From: Chthoniobacter flavus
Lineage (GTDB): Bacteria > Verrucomicrobiota > Verrucomicrobiia > Chthoniobacterales > JACTMZ01
Direction: 5' to 3'
Assembly (NCBI GenBank): GCA_945878135.1
Contig: CAMDUL010000012.1
Location: 15,637 to 79,636, forward strand
DNA length: 64,000 nucleotides
The notes under the pieces were generated by a model. The model did not search any database. It was not told where the DNA came from and worked only from the letters and a program-made list of their open reading frames with translations. Below are positions 57,691 through 64,000 of this stretch, in pieces. The stretch's first letter is position 1. Each line of letters opens with the position of its first letter. A program made the position numbers and the translations under genes.

Positions 57691-58470
57691 TCAACGAGAA
57701 GCCAAAACCTCGCCCAGCCGCACCGGCACCCCGCGCTCGGCGAGAAATCGCTTCACGTCTCCCACCGTATATTCGCCGAAGTGAAAAATGCTCGCCGCCA
57801 GCACGGCGTCGGCCCCGGCGTTCTGCAGCACATCGGCCATGTGCTCGAGCTTTCCCGCCCCGCCGCTGGCAATGACCGGAATGCTCACCGCCTCGCTCAC
57901 CGCGCGCACCAGATCCATGTCGTAGCCTTCCTTGGTTCCATCCGCATCCATGCTGGTGAGCAGAATTTCCCCCGCTCCGAGAGCGGCGACTTGCTTGGCC
58001 CACGCCACCGCCTCGAGGTCCGTCGGATTCCGCCCGCCATGCGTGTAAACCGTCCATCCACCTTCCGGCCGCCGCCGCGCATCGATCGCCACCACAATGC
58101 ATTGCGAGCCGAAGCGCTCCGCGCCCTCACGCACCAACTCGGGGCGCTCGATGGCGGACGTGTTGACACTCACTTTGTCCGCCCCGGCCCGCAGCATGGT
58201 CTTCATGTCCTCCACCGTCCGGATTCCGCCGCCCACCGTCAGGGGCATGAAACATTCGGACGCCGTCCGCTCGACCACCTCGACCATGGTCGCCCGGTTG
58301 TCGGAAGACGCCGTGATATCGAGGAAAACCAGCTCGTCGGCGCCCTGCGCGTCGTAAGCTTTGGCGCACTCCACCGGATCGCCCGCATCGCGCAATTCGA
58401 GGAACTTCGTTCCCTTCACCACGCGTCCGCCGGTCACGTCAAGACAGGGAATGATCCTTTTGGTCAGCAC
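57691..58470 (-). CDS. hisF: imidazole glycerol phosphate synthase cyclase subunit
   Basis: GTG start chosen to give (M)[11 protein letters not shown], the canonical HisF N-terminus (ORF extends to 58554). [18 protein letters not shown]. Confidence 0.92.
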   Translation of the reverse strand: MLTKRIIPCLDVTGGRVVKGTKFLELRDAGDPVECAKAYDAQGADELVFLDITASSDNRATMVEVVERTASECFMPLTVGGGIRTVEDMKTMLRAGADKVSVNTSAIERPELVREGAERFGSQCIVVAIDARRRPEGGWTVYTHGGRNPTDLEAVAWAKQVAALGAGEILLTSMDADGTKEGYDMDLVRAVSEAVSIPVIASGGAGKLEHMADVLQNAGADAVLAASIFHFGEYTVGDVKRFLAERGVPVRLGEVLASR

Positions 58471-58556
58471 CGGGGCAGGATGGCGGGTCAGCGGTTCCCG
58501 CGCAATGCAGCGCTGAATTGGATTGCCTTCGCGGGCTTGTTTTTTACCTTTCACAG

Positions 58557-59174
58557 ATGCGACCGGTTTTATGCGCGATCTTGGCCTGCAGCCTCGTCGT
58601 TTTTCTTTCCGGCTGCGCCTCCAGCCCCTACGGAGTCGGGCGTTTCGGCACGGTCGTGGTCGATGCCGGCCACGGCGGACTCGACCGCGGGGCCAGAGGT
58701 ATGGACGGCCGGTCGGTCGAAAAAGTCTACGCCCTCGACACGGCCAAGCGCATCGAACGCGGACTCCGGGCCCGCGGCTACCGCGTTGTCATGACCCGTA
58801 GAAGGGACTACTTCGTGCCACTCCCCTCGCGGGTCGCCACTTCCAATCGTCAGCGCGGCGCGGTTTTCGTGAGCATCCATTACAACTGGACGCGCAACAG
58901 CGCCGTGTCCGGCACCGAGACCTTCTACTACAACTCCCGGTCCTACCCGCTGGCCGCGAACATCCAGCGCGAAGTCGACCGCGTGGCCCCGAGCCCGAAC
59001 CGCGGAGTGAAGCGCTCCCGTTTCCACGTGCTGCGCAACAACGCGCGACCCGCCGCGCTGGTCGAACTCGGCTTCATGTCCAATCCCCGCGAACTCCGCC
59101 TGATCAAGTCCGCCTCCTACCGCCAGCGCCTCGCCGACGCGGTGGTGCGCGGCATTGTCAAATCCTCGCGCTGA
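58557..59174 (+). CDS. N-acetylmuramoyl-L-alanine amidase (Amidase_3) lipoprotein
   Basis: Lipobox [45 protein letters not shown]. Confidence 0.85.
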   Translation: MRPVLCAILACSLVVFLSGCASSPYGVGRFGTVVVDAGHGGLDRGARGMDGRSVEKVYALDTAKRIERGLRARGYRVVMTRRRDYFVPLPSRVATSNRQRGAVFVSIHYNWTRNSAVSGTETFYYNSRSYPLAANIQREVDRVAPSPNRGVKRSRFHVLRNNARPAALVELGFMSNPRELRLIKSASYRQRLADAVVRGIVKSSR

Positions 59175-59179
59175 CCGTC

Positions 59180-59557
59180 ATGAGAGCCCTGCTCCTGCTC
59201 GTCGCTCTGGCCGCCACCGCCGCGGCCCAGTCGCTGCAATGGAAGGACTCCACCGTGGCCATCGAGGCCATCGAAGGCGGCGGCAAGGTTGCCGGGGCGT
59301 TCCGTTTCACCAACACCGGCAACAGCACCGTGCGGATCCGTTCCGTGCCCGCTTCCTGCGGATGTGTCGCGGCCAAACCGGCCAAACGCGACTATGCCCC
59401 GGGCGAAAGCGGCGAAATCCCGTTCACCTACTCCCCCAAAGGCCGCTGGGGCGCACGGGCTTACCGCATCTATGTGGTCACCGACGAAAAAGGCGTCCGT
59501 CCCTACCAACTCCGTCTGGAAGTCACCGAGATCCGCCGCACGGACTCCGCACGCTGA
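59180..59557 (+). CDS. DUF1573 domain protein
   Basis: Signal peptide. FRFTNTGNSTVRIRSVPASCGCV is the DUF1573 signature. Confidence 0.8.
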   Translation: MRALLLLVALAATAAAQSLQWKDSTVAIEAIEGGGKVAGAFRFTNTGNSTVRIRSVPASCGCVAAKPAKRDYAPGESGEIPFTYSPKGRWGARAYRIYVVTDEKGVRPYQLRLEVTEIRRTDSAR

Positions 59558-59569
59558 CCCGCCGCGGGC

Positions 59570-59869
59570 TCAAGGCCGCGAGGAACGCCGCACCGCGGCG
59601 GCAATTTCCGCCGACTTTTCCGGCATGAGGTTCGCCGCGTAGTTGGCCAGCGAGTCCGCATGCTCCGGCGTTTCCCAGGCCATGCGCGCCGCCGTCGCGA
59701 TCAGGCTCGGCTCGCCCCAATCGGCCGCCGACTTCAGCTGGCTCATTTGCTCGCTGCTCAAGCCGCTGACCGGCAAATCGCCGGTTGCCCGGATGCCCAT
59801 GGTGTCGTAGCCGACACATCCCCCCGCCAGCAACACACCCGCCATCATCGCCCGCACATTCCGCATCAC
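59570..59869 (-). CDS. small hypothetical lipoprotein
   Basis: Lipobox VLLAGGC. No known domain. Confidence 0.45.
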   Translation of the reverse strand: MMRNVRAMMAGVLLAGGCVGYDTMGIRATGDLPVSGLSSEQMSQLKSAADWGEPSLIATAARMAWETPEHADSLANYAANLMPEKSAEIAAAVRRSSRP

Positions 59870-59952
59870 TGCTTTTCGCGCGCCCTGCCCGCAAAATCAA
59901 GCCGCGGCGCTCTTGCCATGCGGACAACGCGGCGCTTTGCTCTGCACCGGAG

Positions 59953-60903
59953 ATGAAAATGATATTCACGCTGATGCCGGTTGTCCTGGCGGCCGCCGGC
60001 CTCGCCGTTGCCGAGGACGAACCGCGCGAGGACACCTTCGCCCCGCGGCCTTTCGTCCTCGCCGCGGACGCTGCCCCGGAGGTTCCCATGCCCGAGGCCG
60101 GACTCGGGGAGCCGTTGCCGGCCGACCCTCATGCCGCGGCGCAGGCCGCGCTCCCATGGCACCTTGCGGGCCCAGCGGCGAATCCTCAGGAAGAGGCGGA
60201 GCGGAGCGCGCAGGCCAACCGTCTTTTCGCCGCGATCGATGAAGGCGACATCGCGACGGTGCAAGCGATTTTGGACGCGGGCCTTGACCCCGGCACCACG
60301 GTGCCCGTTCCGGTCGGGGAAGACATGCTCCCGCGCTTCCGCAAAGACTTCCTCCTGTATTACGTGACCAAGGAAAGCGGACTGACGCCCCTGATGTTCG
60401 CCGCGGCCCGCGGGCACCGCGACATCGTCGAATTGCTCCTCGCCCGGGGCGCGAAGAAGAACGCACGCACCAGGCGGCATGGCACCGATGCGCTCTGGCT
60501 CGCCGGTTACGCGGGAAAAACCGACGTCATCCAACTGCTCCTCGGAGTGCAACGCGGCTCCGACGCCGACCGCACCCGGGTGGAAGTGGACCTTTCGTCG
60601 CAAACCGCAACCCTCATCCGCGACAATGCCACGGTCAGAACCGCGCCGATCTCGTCGGGCAAAAAGAAATTCCGCACCCCGACCGGCGAATACGTGGTGA
60701 CCAACAAACACCGCCATTGGAAATCCACCCTCTACGGCGCGAGCATGCCGTTTTACCTGCGCCTCTCCTGCCGCGACTTCGGACTCCACGCCGGCCACCT
60801 CCCGGGCTACCCCGCCTCCCACGGCTGCATCCGCCTGCGCAACAAGGACGCTGCCGATTTTTTCAAGCAAGTCCCCGTCGGCGCCAAGGTCGTCATCAAG
60901 TGA
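59953..60903 (+). CDS. ankyrin-repeat / L,D-transpeptidase (YkuD) fusion protein, secreted
   Basis: Signal peptide MKMIFTLMPVVLAAAGLAVA. ANK repeats (LFAAIDEGDIATVQAILDAG; TPLMFAAARGHRDIVELLLARGA; DALWLAGYAGKTDVIQLLL). YkuD catalytic GLHAGHLPGYPASHGCIRL. Confidence 0.85.
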   Translation: MKMIFTLMPVVLAAAGLAVAEDEPREDTFAPRPFVLAADAAPEVPMPEAGLGEPLPADPHAAAQAALPWHLAGPAANPQEEAERSAQANRLFAAIDEGDIATVQAILDAGLDPGTTVPVPVGEDMLPRFRKDFLLYYVTKESGLTPLMFAAARGHRDIVELLLARGAKKNARTRRHGTDALWLAGYAGKTDVIQLLLGVQRGSDADRTRVEVDLSSQTATLIRDNATVRTAPISSGKKKFRTPTGEYVVTNKHRHWKSTLYGASMPFYLRLSCRDFGLHAGHLPGYPASHGCIRLRNKDAADFFKQVPVGAKVVIK

Positions 60904-61549
60904 CCCTCGGGTCGGCCAACCGCCACAGATCCCCGGCCAGTTCGATCTTTGCCTCGTCGCGCCCGACCTCGGCCAGAATCGGACAGCGGCAAAACTCCTC
61001 CAACACCGCACGGTTCGTCCGCTTCGGTTCGTCGTCCAAGCCATCCGCGTTATTCAGCACGACCCCCGAGAGCACCAACCCCCGCGCCCGCACGGACTCG
61101 ATGGTGAGCAGGGTGTGATTCAGCGCGCCCAGCCGGTTGCGCACCACGACGATCACCGGCCAACCGAGTTCGACGGCGAAATCGGCCAGGGTGAGTTTGT
61201 CCGTCACCGGCACCAACCAGCCGCCCGCCCCCTCGCAGAAAACCTGAGTGTGGCGTGCCGCCAAATCGCGCACCGCGGCGAGCGCTCCGGCCCAATCCGC
61301 CGCCGGCTCGCCCGACATCTGACAAGCCCGCGGCGCCGCCGGTGTTTGCCGCCAGACCGGGTTGATCGCCGCGAGCGGCTCGACCCCGTCCGCCGCGGCC
61401 GCGAGGATTTCCACGTCGGTGCGCGGACCGCAACAAAACGGCTTCGCGCCGACCGCGTCCACCCCGGCCGCCCGCGCGGCTTTGACCAGCAAAGCCGTGA
61501 CGAACGTCTTCCCGCAGTCCGTATCCGTGCCCGTGATGAAATAATTCAT
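60896..61549 (-). CDS. bioD: dethiobiotin synthase
   Basis: Start MNYFITGTDTDCGKTFVT (P-loop). EGAGGWLVP. Confidence 0.85.
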   Translation of the reverse strand: MNYFITGTDTDCGKTFVTALLVKAARAAGVDAVGAKPFCCGPRTDVEILAAAADGVEPLAAINPVWRQTPAAPRACQMSGEPAADWAGALAAVRDLAARHTQVFCEGAGGWLVPVTDKLTLADFAVELGWPVIVVVRNRLGALNHTLLTIESVRARGLVLSGVVLNNADGLDDEPKRTNRAVLEEFCRCPILAEVGRDEAKIELAGDLWRLADPRVT

Positions 61550-61604
61550 ATCCTTTCCTCCGCGGCAGGGTCGGATGGCCGGCGCATCCGTATTCCGGTC
61601 GCGC

Positions 61605-62345
61605 TCATCGTTCGCCCCCCACGCCGCCATGCAACACATGCCCCGCCGCACTCAGAACATGCAGGGCCGCCGTCTCGCTGCGCAGCACATGGCGTCCGAG
61701 ATCCACCGCGGCGAAACCCGCGGCAACTGCCTGTCCCGTTTCCTCCGGCGTCCAATCCCCCTCCGGCCCGATGGCAAAGGTCACCGCCGCCGCTCCCGCA
61801 CCCAAAAATTTCCCCAAAGTGCAGCCGCCCGCCCGCACCGCGGCAATCCCCTTGACCCCTTCCGCCGCCGACCGGAAGGCCTCCGCCGGCTTGGACACCG
61901 GAAAGATTTGCGGCAAGACCAAATGACCGCATTGCTTGGCCGCTTCCACCGCGGCCTGCTGCCACCTGGCGCGGCGCTTCTCCGCATCTTTCCCCTCGAG
62001 CCGGACCACACTCCTTTCCGCGGCCACCGGACGAATCGAAGCCGCGCCAAGCTCGGTCGCCTTCTGCACCAGCCAGTCGAAACGCTCGTTTTTGATCAGC
62101 GCGACGATGAGGTGGATGGCCGGCTCCGGCCGCACCTCGTGCCATTCCCGCAAGACCCTCGCCGTCACCCCGCGCTTGCCCACCTCCTCCAATTCCACCT
62201 GCGCAGCCCGCCCCGTGCCGTCGAAAATTTCCACCCGGCCGCCGGCCGCCAGCCGCAGCACCTGCGCCGCATGCCGTGCCTCGGAGGCGGTGAATTCCAC
62301 GATCCCCGCGTGCCACATCTCAACCGGAACAAAAAACCGTGCCAT
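61605..62345 (-). CDS. rsmE: 16S rRNA (uracil1498-N3)-methyltransferase
   Basis: Start MARFFVP...ASEARHAAQVLRL. IGPEGDWTPEE, LGRHVLRSETAAL. The ORF extension to 62801 is unsupported. Confidence 0.85.
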   Translation of the reverse strand: MARFFVPVEMWHAGIVEFTASEARHAAQVLRLAAGGRVEIFDGTGRAAQVELEEVGKRGVTARVLREWHEVRPEPAIHLIVALIKNERFDWLVQKATELGAASIRPVAAERSVVRLEGKDAEKRRARWQQAAVEAAKQCGHLVLPQIFPVSKPAEAFRSAAEGVKGIAAVRAGGCTLGKFLGAGAAAVTFAIGPEGDWTPEETGQAVAAGFAAVDLGRHVLRSETAALHVLSAAGHVLHGGVGGER

Positions 62346-62347
62346 GG

Positions 62348-63739
62348 TCACCCCACTGCCTTGAACCGCCGCAACGTCTCGTCGCGCTCCGTCCCGTGGT
62401 CGACCATCGGCAATGGATACCCCGCAGCAACCGGCTTGCCGTCCGAGGGCGCCTCGAGAAATTTCGCGGCCGGAACATCGCGCAACTCGGATACCCATTT
62501 CTTGATGTATTTGCCCTCCGCATCGTAGCGCTTGGTCTGGCTCCACGGATTCTGGACGCGGAAATACGGAGCCGCGTCCGCGCCCGTCCCCGCGCTCCAT
62601 TGCCATCCGCCGTTGTTGCTCGCGATCTCGCCGTCGATCAGCGTCTGCATGAAATATTGCTCCCCCAAACGCCAGTCGAGATGCAGGTCTTTGGTCAGGA
62701 ACATCGCGGCAATCATGCGCGAGCGGTTGTGCATGTAACCGGTTTCGTTCAGCTGCCGCATGGCCGCGTCGACGATCGGAAAACCCGTCCGCCCCTCGCA
62801 CCAGGCACGGTATTTCACCTCATCCCGGTCCCATGCCATGCCGCGGTATTTCGGGTTGAACTCGTGTTCCAGCACCTCGGGGTGATGCCAGAGGATCTGG
62901 AAATAGAACTCCCGCCAGATCAGCTCCGCGATGTATTTCCACACGCTGTCCCGTCCCGCGGCATCAGCACCCTCGGCCGCCGCCTTGCCGCGATGATACA
63001 CCTCGCGGATCGAGAGCAAACCGTGACGCAAATCCTGCGACAACCGCGACGTCCCGTCCTCGCCCATCAGGTCGCGCGTCGCGCCGTAGCGATGGATCGG
63101 ACCGGAGAGAAAATCTTTCAACCGCGCCCGCGCCGCCTTTTCACCCGCCTCCACCCCACCGGTGAATTCCGGCAACCCCCATGACGCCGCTGTCGGCAAC
63201 CCCTCGCTCCTGACACCCTCCGGCGTCTTGAGCTTTTTCAGCGCCGGACCGGCCGCCGGCTTGTCCAACTTGGCCCACGCCCTGGAATACGGCGTGAAGA
63301 CCCGGAAATTCCCGCCCTCCCCCGTCTTCACCTCGTCGCGCTCATGGATCGCCGCGTCCTTGAACGTCCGCAATTCACGTCCGTCCTCGGCCAGCATCTT
63401 CGCCAGCCGCATCTCCGCCCCGCGCCCGAACAGATCCGGATCCCGGTTGGTGAAGACCGCCTCCGCCTTGGTCTCGCGCGCCAGTTTGACCAGTGCCTCT
63501 TCGGCCTCCCCTTCGCGCACGACGAGTCCGCTGCCGATGGCCCGCAAATTCCCGTCCAAGGCAGCCAAAGACCCGGCGAGAAACGTCTGCCGCGCCGGCC
63601 CCGTCCAGCCGTGCTTCTTCTTCCAGTCGCTCGCCACGTAGACCGGCACAACTTCCTCCGCCTCCTTCACCGCCGCCGCCAGCGCGGTATTGTCCGTGAT
63701 CCGCAAATCCCTCCGGAACCAGTGAATCGCCGTTTTCAT
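62348..63739 (-). CDS. phr: deoxyribodipyrimidine photolyase (cryptochrome/photolyase family)
   Basis: Start MKTAIHWFRRDLRITDN. TSRLSQDLRHGLLS, WREFY, GYMHNRSRMIAAMFLTKDL, DGEIASNNGGWQW. Confidence 0.92.
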   Translation of the reverse strand: MKTAIHWFRRDLRITDNTALAAAVKEAEEVVPVYVASDWKKKHGWTGPARQTFLAGSLAALDGNLRAIGSGLVVREGEAEEALVKLARETKAEAVFTNRDPDLFGRGAEMRLAKMLAEDGRELRTFKDAAIHERDEVKTGEGGNFRVFTPYSRAWAKLDKPAAGPALKKLKTPEGVRSEGLPTAASWGLPEFTGGVEAGEKAARARLKDFLSGPIHRYGATRDLMGEDGTSRLSQDLRHGLLSIREVYHRGKAAAEGADAAGRDSVWKYIAELIWREFYFQILWHHPEVLEHEFNPKYRGMAWDRDEVKYRAWCEGRTGFPIVDAAMRQLNETGYMHNRSRMIAAMFLTKDLHLDWRLGEQYFMQTLIDGEIASNNGGWQWSAGTGADAAPYFRVQNPWSQTKRYDAEGKYIKKWVSELRDVPAAKFLEAPSDGKPVAAGYPLPMVDHGTERDETLRRFKAVG

Positions 63740-63953
63740 GATGCCAGCATGGCCGCCGGCGACTGCGTAATCCAGCGCCGGCTTTTCCTCGTCGGAGTCC
63801 CTCACCTCTCGGGCACTTTCGGCCGATTCTCGCGCGTGCACGCACGCGATGCCGCGGTCGCGAGGCCACCGGCAGGATGAAACGCAAGTCAACGGGATAC
63901 CGACTCGCCTCGTGGAAGTGATCACCGCGCCCGCCTTGCTTCCCACCACCATG

Positions 63954-63977
63954 AAAAAGGCCCGGAAAATCCGGGCC
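63954..63977 (-). terminator. rho-independent terminator (minus strand) for a gene ending at the right window edge
   Basis: Minus strand GGCCCGGA-TTT-TCCGGGCC followed by TTTTT. Confidence 0.5.
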
Positions 63978-64000
63978 GCGAAATGCTCCTAAACTGCTGG

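Overview
High-GC bacterial chromosomal segment with about 62 protein genes, 2 tRNAs, no rRNA, no CRISPR array and no intact mobile element. The many PEP-CTERM sorting tails, lipobox and DUF1573 proteins and a pilin-like anchor suggest a Verrucomicrobiota (Opitutales-like) genome; this is inference only.

Layout:
- 1-18.2 kb: glycan-utilisation region. It holds a sugar ABC importer, an XylR-type regulator, secreted proteins built from an unassigned ~200-aa module, an SGNH esterase, a GH-like protein, an esterase and a GPH symporter + GH17.
- 18.3-20.0 kb: two tRNAs bracketing a phosphoribosyltransferase/dienelactone-hydrolase pair.
- 20.0-24.5 kb: PEP-CTERM protein cluster containing a ~600-nt ORF-free, hairpin-dense spacer.
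- 24.6-39.5 kb: core metabolism. gltBD sits behind a textbook sigma54 promoter, followed by der-pgsA, a catalytically degenerate ABC ATPase coupled to a squalene/phytoene synthase, then argCJB and ypfJ.
- 39.6-64 kb: mixed housekeeping (bioF, pepF, sensor kinase, RND pump, hisF, amidase, bioD, rsmE, photolyase). Three type II toxin-antitoxin pairs are interspersed.
- About 47.15-48.6 kb: an AT-richer islet carrying a ParE-type TA pair next to an internally deleted integron-integrase remnant.
- A family of GTAG...CTAC nested palindromes occurs at three intergenic sites.

I did not find a clear-cut new multi-gene system. The best candidates for follow-up are the decayed integron/TA islet, the structured 600-nt spacer, the pseudo-ATPase/squalene-synthase pair, the tRNA-flanked PRTase-hydrolase pair and the unassigned secreted module.

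Limits: all calls come from reading the ORF translations and the DNA by eye. Family names are recalled motif matches, not searches. Start codons are often uncertain because the ORF track also uses GTG/TTG starts. Motif coordinates may be off by a few nt.
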